Assembly: GCA_965279525.1 (NCBI GenBank)
Contig: CBDIIB010000004.1
Location: 832,001 to 896,000 of the forward strand
Reading direction: 5' to 3'
Length of the DNA stretch: 64,000 nt
Source of the DNA: Tagaea sp.
GTDB lineage: Bacteria > Pseudomonadota > Alphaproteobacteria > CACIAM-22H2
The notes below the pieces were generated by a model, which saw only the letters and a program-made list of their open reading frames with translations, was not told the DNA's origin and made no database searches. Position numbers and translations under genes: made by a program. How positions within the stretch are numbered: position 1 is the first letter of the stretch; the number at the start of each line of letters is the position of its first letter. Shown here one piece after another: positions 42,309-51,878 of this stretch.

Positions 42309-43598
42309 ATGCTCGAACGCTATTTCGGCCTCGCGGCCGCAGGGACCACCGTGCGCACAGAGGTCGTGGCCGGGGTTACCACTTTCCTGACAATGGCTTA
42401 CATCATCGTCGTCAATCCCTCGATCCTCGAGATCGCCGGAATGGACCGGAATTCGGTGTTCGTCGCGACGTGTCTTGCAGCCGCCTTCTCGACGGCGATC
42501 ATGGGGCTTTACGCCAACTATCCGATCGCGCTGGCCCCGGGGATGGGCCTCAACGCCTTCTTCGCATTCGGCCTCGTCAAGGGCATGGGCCTGTCGTGGG
42601 AGACGGCTCTCGGCGCCGTCTTCTGCTCGTCCGTCCTGACCGTGGCGCTGTCGGTCAGCCCGGCACGCGCCTGGATCTTCGACGGCATCCCGCGCGCGCT
42701 CAAATACGGCATCGCAGGCGGTATCGGACTGTTCCTGGCAATCATCGGACTGAAAAATGCCGGCATCGTCGTGGCGCATCCTGCCACGCTGATCACGCTG
42801 GGCGACATGCACCAGCCTGCGGCCATCCTCGCCGGCCTCGGCTTCATCGCGATGGTGGCGCTGGAGGCGCGGAAAGTACCCGGCGCCATCGTCATCTCGA
42901 TCCTCGGCACGACCGCCGTCGGCATCGTGCTCGGCCTCACCCCTTTCCACGGGATCATCTCGGCACCGCCGTCCATTGAGCCGACCTTCTTGAAGCTGGA
43001 TATCTGGGGCGCCCTCCAGTGGGGCGTGATCTCGACGATCCTCGTGCTGATGTTCGTCGACCTGTTCGACACGGCGGGTACGCTCGTCGGCGTCACCCAG
43101 CGCGCCGGCCTGATGACCAAGGACGGCAAGCTGCCGCGACTGCGCCAGGCATTGGTCGCCGATTCATCGGCGTCGCTTGTCGGCTCGCTTCTCGGCACGT
43201 CGAACACAACCAGCTATATCGAAAGCGCTGCCGGCGTCGAGGCCGGCGGGCGGACCGGGCTCGTGGCCCTCGTCGTCGCGGGCCTGTTCCTGCTGGCCAT
43301 CGTGTTCGCCCCGCTCGCGAACTCCGTCCCGGGCTTCGCGACGGCCCCGGCCCTCGTCCTTGTCGCCTGCTATATGGCAAAGGGGCTTGTCGATCTCGAC
43401 TGGTCGGATATCACCGAGTACGGCCCCGGCATGGTCGCGGCCATCGCGATGCCCTTCACGTTCTCGATCGCGCACGGCATCGCCTTCGGATTCATCACCT
43501 ACGCGGCTGCCAAGGCGCTGGCCGGGCGGGCGTCCGAGGTTTCCGGCGCGGTCTGGACGATCGCGATCCTGTTTGTGCTCAAGTTCGCGTTTCTCTAG
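42309..43598 (+). CDS. NCS2 family purine permease (AzgA/PbuG-like)
   Basis: AGVTTFLTMAYI, APGMGLNAFF, FDTAGTL, YIESAAG, GGRTGL. Confidence 0.95.
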   Translation: MLERYFGLAAAGTTVRTEVVAGVTTFLTMAYIIVVNPSILEIAGMDRNSVFVATCLAAAFSTAIMGLYANYPIALAPGMGLNAFFAFGLVKGMGLSWETALGAVFCSSVLTVALSVSPARAWIFDGIPRALKYGIAGGIGLFLAIIGLKNAGIVVAHPATLITLGDMHQPAAILAGLGFIAMVALEARKVPGAIVISILGTTAVGIVLGLTPFHGIISAPPSIEPTFLKLDIWGALQWGVISTILVLMFVDLFDTAGTLVGVTQRAGLMTKDGKLPRLRQALVADSSASLVGSLLGTSNTTSYIESAAGVEAGGRTGLVALVVAGLFLLAIVFAPLANSVPGFATAPALVLVACYMAKGLVDLDWSDITEYGPGMVAAIAMPFTFSIAHGIAFGFITYAAAKALAGRASEVSGAVWTIAILFVLKFAFL

Positions 43599-43619
43599 AC
43601 GACGCAGTAGAATGGCGGA

Positions 43620-44477
43620 ATGGCAAGCAATGCATTCCGCGTACTCGAAACGGCCGACGGCGAGGCGCTTTCCCGGCTCCTCGCCGCCACGCCCGATACG
43701 GCGATGTTCCTTCGATCAAACCTGCAACAGGCCGGTATCGTCGACAGGGGCGAACCCTATCAGGGTACTTATGTCGGCGCTTTCGCCGGTGAAGTCCTGA
43801 CAGGCGTTGCCGCCCTCTACTGGAACGGCAACATGATGCTGCAATGCGAACCGGCCGACGCGGTGGCACTCGCCAACGCGACGCTCGCCGCCACATTGCC
43901 GCGGGCCTGTACCGGCCTTCTCGGCCCCCGCGCGCTGCTCGAAGACGTGATCGCCCTGCCGCCCTTCTCGCTCCGGCGCGCGCAGATGGCCTCGCGCCAG
44001 GACCTCTACGGGCTCGATCTGGCCGACCTTCCGGACAGCGCGCCGATGCTCGAGCGCGTTCGCGCGGCCACGGCAAAGGACCGCGACGAACTGACCGGGT
44101 GGCGCCACGACTATCTGTGCGAGACGCTCGGAGCGTCGCCTGGCGAAGCGACGCGCAGCCGTGCCGGAGAGGAGATCGCACGCGCGATCGACGAGGGTCG
44201 CGCTTTCGTGCTGGCGATGGCCGACAATATCCTCGCCTATGCGGGATTCAACGCGACGCTGCCGGACATGGTCCAAGTGGGTGGCGTCTACAGCCCGCCG
44301 GCGGAGCGCGGCCTCGGCTATGCGCGCATGGCGACTCACGGCGCGCTGCTTGCCGCCCGTGCGCGCGGCGTCAGACGCGCGATCCTGTTCACCGCCGAAG
44401 AGAACATTCCCGCAAAGCGCTGCTACGAGGGCCTCGGTTTCAAGCGGGTCGGCGACTACGGAATCGTGATCTACTGA
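43620..44477 (+). CDS. GNAT family N-acetyltransferase
   Basis: VGGVYSPPAERGLGYA acetyl-CoA motif; NIPAKRCYEGLGF. Confidence 0.85.
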   Translation: MASNAFRVLETADGEALSRLLAATPDTAMFLRSNLQQAGIVDRGEPYQGTYVGAFAGEVLTGVAALYWNGNMMLQCEPADAVALANATLAATLPRACTGLLGPRALLEDVIALPPFSLRRAQMASRQDLYGLDLADLPDSAPMLERVRAATAKDRDELTGWRHDYLCETLGASPGEATRSRAGEEIARAIDEGRAFVLAMADNILAYAGFNATLPDMVQVGGVYSPPAERGLGYARMATHGALLAARARGVRRAILFTAEENIPAKRCYEGLGFKRVGDYGIVIY

Positions 44478-44650
44478 TCGTCGAGACGTTTGGAATCAAG
44501 CATCCGCTCGGCAAGCGCACGACGCGCGGCTTCGCTCTCGCGCTCCACCTTTGTGCGGCCGTGGGCGGCCCGGTTGGCGTCGGCGGCCCGCGCCGCCTCT
44601 TCGCGCGCCATGCGCTTGCGCGTACGCTTCAGATTGACGATTTCGCCCAC
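44471..44650 (-). CDS. DUF4169 family small protein
   Basis: GEIVNLKRTRK...ANRAAHGRTK; GGAGG SD before GTG. Confidence 0.8.
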   Translation of the reverse strand: MGEIVNLKRTRKRMAREEAARAADANRAAHGRTKVERESEAARRALAERMLDSKRLDDQ

Positions 44651-44689
44651 CTTGCCTCCACCATCCCGTTCGCCCCATAGTCCCCGCGC

Positions 44690-45250
44690 ATGGTGCGCCG
44701 CGACACGCCAAGAACCTACGACGGAATCGCCCGGAGCTTCCACTGGCTCACGGCACTTCTTGTCGCGATCCTGTTCGGGCTCGGAACCTACATGACCGGT
44801 CTCGACTACTCTGACTGGAAGGTGCAGGTCTTTTCATGGCACGCGTGGATCGGCCTGACGGTTTTCGCGCTAACAGGCCTGCGGCTCGCCTGGCGACTGC
44901 TCAATCCGCCGCCGCCGATGCCGCCGTCGGCCTGGATCGAGCAGATCGCGGCCCACGCGACACATGGCATCCTCTATTTCCTAATGTTCGCGATGCCGAT
45001 CATCGGCTTTCTCGGCTCGAACGCGTTCGGTTTCCCGGTGAAGTGGTTCGGGCTGGTCAACCTGCCCGACCCGATCGGCAAGAACGAGGCGCTGGGAGAA
45101 GCCCTGCTGCTCGCCCATGTCGTCCTCGCGTGGTTGATGGCTGCCACGCTTGCACTCCATGTCGGTGCCGCACTTTTCCACCATTTCGTACGCCGAGATC
45201 CGATCCTCGGACGTATGCTGCCGGGCGTGAAGCCGCGCCGATCGGACTAG
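44690..45250 (+). CDS. Cytochrome b561 (CybB/YceJ-like)
   Basis: FHWLTA and further His ligands on four TM helices; LHVGAALFHH...RM. Confidence 0.9.
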   Translation: MVRRDTPRTYDGIARSFHWLTALLVAILFGLGTYMTGLDYSDWKVQVFSWHAWIGLTVFALTGLRLAWRLLNPPPPMPPSAWIEQIAAHATHGILYFLMFAMPIIGFLGSNAFGFPVKWFGLVNLPDPIGKNEALGEALLLAHVVLAWLMAATLALHVGAALFHHFVRRDPILGRMLPGVKPRRSD

Positions 45251-45278
45251 GCATACCTGCCATCTAAAGTATGATGTT

Positions 45279-45307
45279 TTGATTATACAATTTTATATTG
45301 ATATAAT
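45279..45307 (+). promoter_or_regulatory. Orphan near-consensus sigma70 promoter in a convergent intergenic region
   Basis: TTGATT, 17 nt spacer, TATAAT, with extended -10 TG (TGATATAAT). Confidence 0.45.
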
Positions 45308-45360
45308 TCGGATCACGCCACATCGAAGCAAACCGCCGATCCGAAACTCGCGATTCGCGC

Positions 45361-46935
45361 TCATCCCTCCATCGACGTCCAGCTCTGCTCGCGCATGAAC
45401 TGCGGTACGTAGAACGGACCGAGCCCGCCTTTACCCGTGGTCCCCGACCCTTTCCAGCCGCAGAAGCTCTGGATGCCCGGCCATGCTCCGGTCGTCGCAC
45501 CCGACCGACGGTTGGCGTAGAGCACACCTGCTTCGGCGCGCGCGAAGAAGTAATCGATCTCGGCGGTGTCGCGCGCGTAGCAACCGGCCGTCAGGCCATA
45601 GGCGACACCGTTCGCCTGCGCGATCGCATCGGCAAGGCTGTCGAACGCCAGCAGCGATACGACGGGCGCGAAAAGCTCGTCGCGATTGATCGGGTGATCC
45701 GCCGGCAAGCCCGCCAAGATCGTCGGCTCGACATAGACGCCCTGATCGTAGAGACCGCCCGTCAATCGCCTGCCGCCACGCACGAGCCTGCCGTCCCGCT
45801 CTGCCCGAGCGACGGCGTCCATACAGCGAGCACCGGCGGCCGTGTCGATGAGCGGCCCCATATAGACGTCGCGCTGCGATGGATCTCCGACCTTCAACGC
45901 GCCCGTCTTCTCGACGAGCTTGACGAGATATGGCTCGAACACCGAACGCTCGACATAGACGACCGAACCGGCCGAACATTTCTGCCCCTGCAGCCCGAAC
46001 GCCGAACGCATCGTGCCTTCCGCCGCCACATCGAGGTCGGCGGTCGCGGTGACGAATGTAGGATTCTTGCCGCCCATCTCGGCAATGACCGGGCGCAGCC
46101 AATCGCGCGCGGACGACCGCCGGACCATTTCCATGCCAACCGCATGGCTGCCCGTAAACACGATTCCGTCCACCCCCGGATGCGCGGCAAGCACAGGCCC
46201 TGCCGGCGCGCCGCAGACGAGATTGACAAGGCCGGGCGGGACGTCCGCCGCCTCGAAACACTCGGCGAGCAAAGCGCCGCACAGCGATGCCTTGGGCGAC
46301 GGCTTGTAGACGATCGCATTGCCGCCGAGGATCGCCCCCGCCATCATCCCGGTCGACAGGGCGAGCGGGAAATTGAAGGGAGCGATGACACCGAAGACGC
46401 CGAGCGGACGCAGGACGACGCGCGTCGCCTCGCGCGGGAAGGCGCGGGCCATCTCCCGGCCATAGCCGCCGTTGCGCTCCATCTCGTCGGCGTAATAGCG
46501 CAACAGGTCGACGGTCTCTTCGACCTCTCCCATCGCCTCCGCTCGGGATTTTCCCACCTCAAGAAGGCAGGCGATCCCCAGCGCGTATTTGCGCCTCTCG
46601 ACGGCCGCAGCCACGGCCCGGATGGCGCCCACGCGGCTCGTCCAGTCGCGCAAGCCCCACTCCGCAGCCGCCTTGCGCGCGGCAAGGACGGCACGGTCGA
46701 CCGCACCGGCATCGGCCGCCACGAAGCTGCCGATCGCCTGGCGTGCGTCGATCGGGCTCGCTGTCGAATAGCGCGTGCCGGCCTCGTCGGCGCGGCCGGC
46801 GATCCGGTTGGGATGGAACCTGCCAAGTTCCGCCTTGAAGGCGGGAATCTCGCGGTCGAGGAAATCGTGCAGCGGCGCGAAGTCGACACCGATATTCGAG
46901 TAGGTGACGCGCGGCAGCGCGGTCTTGTCGGCCAT
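45361..46935 (-). CDS. Aldehyde dehydrogenase, P5C dehydrogenase (RocA)-like
   Basis: IAPFNFP, FTGS, EMGGKN, GQKCSA catalytic Cys, ELFAPV. Confidence 0.88.
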   Translation of the reverse strand: MADKTALPRVTYSNIGVDFAPLHDFLDREIPAFKAELGRFHPNRIAGRADEAGTRYSTASPIDARQAIGSFVAADAGAVDRAVLAARKAAAEWGLRDWTSRVGAIRAVAAAVERRKYALGIACLLEVGKSRAEAMGEVEETVDLLRYYADEMERNGGYGREMARAFPREATRVVLRPLGVFGVIAPFNFPLALSTGMMAGAILGGNAIVYKPSPKASLCGALLAECFEAADVPPGLVNLVCGAPAGPVLAAHPGVDGIVFTGSHAVGMEMVRRSSARDWLRPVIAEMGGKNPTFVTATADLDVAAEGTMRSAFGLQGQKCSAGSVVYVERSVFEPYLVKLVEKTGALKVGDPSQRDVYMGPLIDTAAGARCMDAVARAERDGRLVRGGRRLTGGLYDQGVYVEPTILAGLPADHPINRDELFAPVVSLLAFDSLADAIAQANGVAYGLTAGCYARDTAEIDYFFARAEAGVLYANRRSGATTGAWPGIQSFCGWKGSGTTGKGGLGPFYVPQFMREQSWTSMEG

Positions 46936-46950
46936 TCGTTCGGTCCTCGT

Positions 46951-47679
46951 CTAGAAAAGGCTTCCCTGCCGGCGGTCCGGCGCCGCCTTGCGCGGCTTGG
47001 CGGCTTCCGGCTCGGAATCCGGCGCCGGCTCGTGGCAGCCTGCATCGTCGTGACGCACGCTGTTCACGTAAGTCGACACGCGGACATGCTCGAACCATTC
47101 GCTCGGTGGTGCCTGAACGAGTTCGCGTGCATCGACGGCCGGATCGAGCCAGGCGGCATAGTCCGTCGGCGAAAGGATGACCGGAACCCGGTCGTGGAAC
47201 GGCGCCATGATCTCGTTCGCGGCCGTGTTCACTATCGTGAACGTCTCCAGCACATCCCCTTTGGGCGGAATCCAGCGCTCCCACAGGCCGGCGAATGCGA
47301 AAGGCTGTCGGTCGCGCATGCGGAACAGCAGCGGCTGCTTCGTCTTCGCGGCGACCGTCTGCCATTCATAGAAACCGTCGGCCGGAACGAGGCAGCGGCG
47401 CTGGCGGAAGGCCTGCCGGAAGGCAGGCTTGTCCTGCACGGTCTCGCCGCGCGCGTTGATCATGTGGCTTTGCAGTGCCGTATCTTCTGCCCAATAGGGC
47501 ACGAGGCCCCAGTTGAACATCTGCAGCTCGCGCGAGCCGTCACCCGCCAGCCGGACGACGGGGGCGGCCTGCGTGGGCGCGATGTTCCAGCGCGGCTGAA
47601 GATTTACGGGAGCGCCGTCGAAAGCGAAAAGCTCCCGCAGGGCCTCGATCGGCGTGGTCAGCGAATATCGTCCGCACAT
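46951..47679 (-). CDS. SOS response-associated peptidase (SRAP, YedK/HMCES family)
   Basis: MCGRY N-terminus, INARGET, RCLVPADGFYEW, HDRVP. Confidence 0.95.
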   Translation of the reverse strand: MCGRYSLTTPIEALRELFAFDGAPVNLQPRWNIAPTQAAPVVRLAGDGSRELQMFNWGLVPYWAEDTALQSHMINARGETVQDKPAFRQAFRQRRCLVPADGFYEWQTVAAKTKQPLLFRMRDRQPFAFAGLWERWIPPKGDVLETFTIVNTAANEIMAPFHDRVPVILSPTDYAAWLDPAVDARELVQAPPSEWFEHVRVSTYVNSVRHDDAGCHEPAPDSEPEAAKPRKAAPDRRQGSLF

Positions 47680-47726
47680 GCCGGGTATTGTAAGCCAAAC
47701 GGCGGCATCGTACGACAGGGCCGATC

Positions 47727-48512
47727 ATGACAGTTTCGACACCGGATCTCGCCGCCCTGCGCCCTGCCGTCGTCGCCCTTGCAAGGCGCGCCGGCGCCAC
47801 CATTCTCGATATCTACGAGGGCGCCTTCGCCGTGCGCGACAAGGCCGACCGCACGCCGGTGACCGAAGCCGACGAGCGCTCGGAAGCACTGATCGTTGCC
47901 GGGCTCGCCGTCCTCACGCCCGGCATACCTGTCATTGCCGAAGAATCGCAGGCACGGGGCGATGCCGGCTTCGCAGGTTCTGCCCCGCCGCTTTTCTGGC
48001 TGGTCGATCCGCTCGACGGCACGCGGGAGTTCGTCGCGCGCAACGGGCAGTTCGCCGTCAATATCGGGCTGGTGCGGGACGGCCGCCCCGTCCTCGGCGC
48101 GATCCTGTCGCCGGTCGAGGGGATCGTGTGGTCGGGCATCGTCGGTGCCGGAGCCTTTCGCCAGGTGCGCGACGGCATGGAAACGCCAGTGCGTGCACGC
48201 GCCAAGCCCACGAAAGGCATTGTCGTTGTCACGTCGCTGAGTCACGCCTCGGGGGCGGAAAGCGCGGTCGCCTCGGCGCACCGGATCGCAGAACATCGGA
48301 AACTCGGTTCGGCGGCAAAATTCGGCCTGCTCGCCGAAGGCTCGGCCGATCTCTATCCGCGCATGGGACCGACCAGCGAATGGGATACCTGTGCCGGCGA
48401 AGCACTTCTCGTCGCGGCCGGTGGCCATGTCGAGCGGACCGACGGCCGACTGCTCGAATACGGCAAGCCCGGCTTCCGCAATCCTGACTTTGTCGCCCGG
48501 GGCGCGTGGTGA
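47727..48512 (+). CDS. cysQ: 3'(2'),5'-bisphosphate nucleotidase
   Basis: PVTEAD, AEE, WLVDPLDGTREF, EWDT. Confidence 0.9.
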   Translation: MTVSTPDLAALRPAVVALARRAGATILDIYEGAFAVRDKADRTPVTEADERSEALIVAGLAVLTPGIPVIAEESQARGDAGFAGSAPPLFWLVDPLDGTREFVARNGQFAVNIGLVRDGRPVLGAILSPVEGIVWSGIVGAGAFRQVRDGMETPVRARAKPTKGIVVVTSLSHASGAESAVASAHRIAEHRKLGSAAKFGLLAEGSADLYPRMGPTSEWDTCAGEALLVAAGGHVERTDGRLLEYGKPGFRNPDFVARGAW

Positions 48513-48519
48513 ACCGGCC

Positions 48520-51237
48520 CTAGCCGGTGTTGCGCATGCCCGCGGCGATCGCGTTGATCGTCAGCAGCAGCGGCTCGCGCCAGGCCTGCCCGCGTGTTCC
48601 ACGCGCGCGGCGCAGCAGGCGGACCTGCAGCGCGTTGACCGCATCGAGATAGGGTGCCCGCCGGTCGAGCGTGGCGGCAAGCCGCGGATTGTCGGCCAGA
48701 AGCCGCGGCCCGCCGGTGATCTGCTTGAGCCACCGCTCGGACAGGCGGAACTCCGCCTCCACACGCTTCCAGATGCGCGCTGCCGCCGTCTTGTCCTTGG
48801 CGAGGCCCATATAGAGCGACGCCACCGCCGGATCGCCCTTGGCGAGCGCCATCTGCACGTTGTCGACGAAATGTCGGAAATAGGGCCAGCGCCTGTACAT
48901 CAGCCGCAGGCGCGCAGGATGGCGCGGGCTTTTTTCGGCGAACGCGGCGAAGGCCGAACCCACGCCGTACCAGGCCGGCAGTGCTAGGCGCGCCTGCGAC
49001 CAGCCGAAGACCCAAGGGATTGCCCGGATCGCACGCAGCGATTTTCCGCCCTGCGGCCGGTGCGACGGCCGCGAGCCGATATTCAGGGCGGCAAGCTCGC
49101 TGACCGGCGTGACTTCATAGAAGAAATCGAGGAACCCCGGCTCGCCGGCGACGAGACCGCGATAGGCCTCCAGCCCGGCACCGGAAAGCGCCTCCATCGA
49201 CGCCGAAAAGCGCGAGTCGACGCCGACCCGCTCGCCGGGCGAAGGGAACGTCGCGCGCAGCAGGCCGGCAAGAGCGGTCGACAGCTCGTACACTGCCGTC
49301 GGCCGGTTCGAGTATTTGTAGGAAAGCACCTCGCCCTGCTCGGTGTATTTGAGCCGTCCGTTCGCCGCAGCGCGCGGAGCGGCGGCAATGGCGTCATAGA
49401 CCGGCCCGCCACCGCGCGCGTGGCTGCCGCCGCGGCCGTGGAACAGCAGGAACGGCACGACGTGTTTTGCAAAGCAGGCCGCAAGCGCCGTCTGCGCCCG
49501 ATGCAGGTGCCAGGATGAAGCAAGAATGCCCGCATCCTTGCAACTGTCGGAATAGCCGAGCATGACTTCCTGCGTGCCGCCGGACGCGTCGAGCAGGCGC
49601 CGATAGGCCGGTTCGGCCAGCAGCCGGTCGATGATCCCAGGTGCGGCATCCAGATCGGCCGCCGTCTCGAAGAGCGGCGCCACGCGGATCTGCACGGCGA
49701 GCTTGCCGGCGGAATCGAACGCGACGAGGCCTGCCATGCGCGCCAGGAACAGGACTTCCGCCACGGCCGTGGGCCGGTCGGCCATCGACACGACATAGGT
49801 CCGGATCGCCTCCGGCCCGAGTTCGGCGCGCAGCGTGCCGATCGCACGCAACGTGTCGAGTATCTCGACCGTCGCGGCTGACAGGTTTCCGCCAAGCAGC
49901 AGCGTGGGCCCGGGCCGTTCGGCAAGCGACAGCACAAGGTCGAGCTTCGCGTCCTCGGCAAGGTCGGCATAGGGCGGCTGGCCGGGCAGGCAGGCGAGGA
50001 TCTCGGCGACCGCCTCTCGATGGCGGGACGCCTCCTGGCGCACGTCGAGACGCACCAGATGGAAGCCGAAGGAGGCGACGAGCAGGATCAGGTCCTTGAG
50101 CGCGCCGTCGGCAAGGCGCGCGTCGCCGTCGGCGATCAGCGCCTCGCGGATCGCCTCGAGGTCGGCGCGCATCGCCTGTGGCTGCGCATAACCGCCGCTC
50201 ACCAGCCGGTAGCGGATGAAGGCGAGCTTTCGCCGGTAGGGTTCGTGTGCGAACCGGGAGGGCTGCCCCGTGAAGGGGGCCGCCCCGAGCTCGGCCTCGT
50301 CGCGTGCGAGTCCCGAGACGAACGCGGGCGGAAGGCGCACATGGACCGCCGCATGCGTCAGCGTTCCGATCAGCGCGTCGATCCGGTGCAGGTAGGTCTC
50401 GCGGATCTCGGTCGCGTGCGTGCGTGCGGCACGCAATGTCGTCGCGGCCGTCACGTTCGGATTGCCGTCCCGGTCCCCGCCGATCCACGAGCCGAAAGCG
50501 ATCGCGGGCGGCGCCTGGAAGTCGCGCGCGGCGGAACCGTAGACGCGCTTCACGGCGGCCTCGAAGGCACGCAGCGTCTGGGGAACCGCATCGAACAGGG
50601 CGGCCCGGAAGAAACGCAGGCCGTTGTCGATCTCGTCGTCGACCGTCAACTTGCCGGTTCGCAGCGTGCTCGTCTTCCACAGGACCGACATCTCCGCGCG
50701 CAGGTCTTCGAGTGCGGCCGCGCGCGCGATCGGGTCCTCGTCGGCTGCGACGAGCCGGGACACCAGATCGAACATCCGGCGATGGCACTTCTGGACCGCC
50801 TGCCGGCGGGCCTCGGTGGGATGGGCGGTGAAGACCGGCATCAGCTTGAGCGCGCCGAGCTTCGCGCGGAAATCCGCATAGTCGACTCCGCCGGAATGGA
50901 TCGCGGCGATGGTTTCCTCGAGCCCGCGCGGATTCGGCGTCCCGCGCCGCTCGTCTTCGAGTAACGCTTCGTCGGCGATATTGACGACCGCGAAATAGGC
51001 GGCGAAGGCACGGGCCACGGTCGTCGCCGTCTCCGGTGTCGCGCGTTCGACCGCGCGCGCGGTCCGCGCAACCTCACGGGCGGAGGCGGCACCCGACTTG
51101 CGCAGGGCGACGAAGCCGCGCCGCAGGCTCTCCACCGTGCCGAAGGCGGCCTCGCCTTCGTGCGCGTCGATCACCTCGCCGATGAGGGCCCCGACCAGAC
51201 GCATGGTCGTGGCCCGCCGCCGATTGCGGTTCTGCAT
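48520..51237 (-). CDS. ppc: Phosphoenolpyruvate carboxylase
   Basis: VFTAHPTE, SWIGGDRDGNP, VMLGYSDS, FHGRGG, TEQGE, RAIPWVF, MRNTG; purine-rich SD before ATG 51237. Confidence 0.96.
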   Translation of the reverse strand: MQNRNRRRATTMRLVGALIGEVIDAHEGEAAFGTVESLRRGFVALRKSGAASAREVARTARAVERATPETATTVARAFAAYFAVVNIADEALLEDERRGTPNPRGLEETIAAIHSGGVDYADFRAKLGALKLMPVFTAHPTEARRQAVQKCHRRMFDLVSRLVAADEDPIARAAALEDLRAEMSVLWKTSTLRTGKLTVDDEIDNGLRFFRAALFDAVPQTLRAFEAAVKRVYGSAARDFQAPPAIAFGSWIGGDRDGNPNVTAATTLRAARTHATEIRETYLHRIDALIGTLTHAAVHVRLPPAFVSGLARDEAELGAAPFTGQPSRFAHEPYRRKLAFIRYRLVSGGYAQPQAMRADLEAIREALIADGDARLADGALKDLILLVASFGFHLVRLDVRQEASRHREAVAEILACLPGQPPYADLAEDAKLDLVLSLAERPGPTLLLGGNLSAATVEILDTLRAIGTLRAELGPEAIRTYVVSMADRPTAVAEVLFLARMAGLVAFDSAGKLAVQIRVAPLFETAADLDAAPGIIDRLLAEPAYRRLLDASGGTQEVMLGYSDSCKDAGILASSWHLHRAQTALAACFAKHVVPFLLFHGRGGSHARGGGPVYDAIAAAPRAAANGRLKYTEQGEVLSYKYSNRPTAVYELSTALAGLLRATFPSPGERVGVDSRFSASMEALSGAGLEAYRGLVAGEPGFLDFFYEVTPVSELAALNIGSRPSHRPQGGKSLRAIRAIPWVFGWSQARLALPAWYGVGSAFAAFAEKSPRHPARLRLMYRRWPYFRHFVDNVQMALAKGDPAVASLYMGLAKDKTAAARIWKRVEAEFRLSERWLKQITGGPRLLADNPRLAATLDRRAPYLDAVNALQVRLLRRARGTRGQAWREPLLLTINAIAAGMRNTG

Positions 51238-51327
51238 CCGTCCCCCTTCGAATTGCCCGCGTTTTCGTGCAAAATCCGGTCCGATCGTTGATACGCCGCC
51301 CCGCACGCATTCGAGGAGTGAGAAAAC

Positions 51328-51876
51328 TTGGCCCGAGTCCGCAATATTCCTGCCGACGAGCTCCCCGACGATGCGGCGGCGATCTACCGGCGCTATGTCG
51401 CGGACTACGGCCCCTTCGCCAATCAGGTCGGGATTCTGGCCCATGTCCCGGCCGCAGTGCGCCATCTGCCAGCCATGTTGATGGAACTGCGGGCCGCCGG
51501 CACGTTGCCGCGGCGCTATCTCGAGCTCGCCATCGTCGTCGTGTCGAAGCGCAACGCCTGCCATTACTGCGTTGGCCACCATGTGCCGATGCTGGCGGTC
51601 GAAGGCGTGCCGGCCGACGCCGTCGCCCAGATTCCCGAGCAGGTCGATCACCCGAGCCTGACCGAGATCGACCGGCTGGTGATCGCCTATTCGGTGGCCG
51701 TGAACGACACACCCAACCGGATCCGCGATGCGATGCTCACGGATCTCCGACGCCATTTCAGCGAGGCGCAGATCGTAGAACTGACGCTGCGCATCACCCT
51801 GACCGGGTTCTTCAACAAGTTCTCCGATGCGCTCGGCATCGAGGAAGAAGCGGCAGCGGAACAGGCCGCGCAATAG
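51328..51876 (+). CDS. Carboxymuconolactone decarboxylase / AhpD-like alkylhydroperoxidase
   Basis: ELAIVVVSKRNACHYCVGHH (E...CxxC..H); TTG start after GAGGAG. Confidence 0.88.
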   Translation: MARVRNIPADELPDDAAAIYRRYVADYGPFANQVGILAHVPAAVRHLPAMLMELRAAGTLPRRYLELAIVVVSKRNACHYCVGHHVPMLAVEGVPADAVAQIPEQVDHPSLTEIDRLVIAYSVAVNDTPNRIRDAMLTDLRRHFSEAQIVELTLRITLTGFFNKFSDALGIEEEAAAEQAAQ

Positions 51877-51878
51877 CC

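Noticed and set aside
45296-45323. Possible dif site in the AT-rich spacer
   Set aside because: Only a partial XerD-arm resemblance (TTATATCAATA on the minus strand) and no credible XerC arm.
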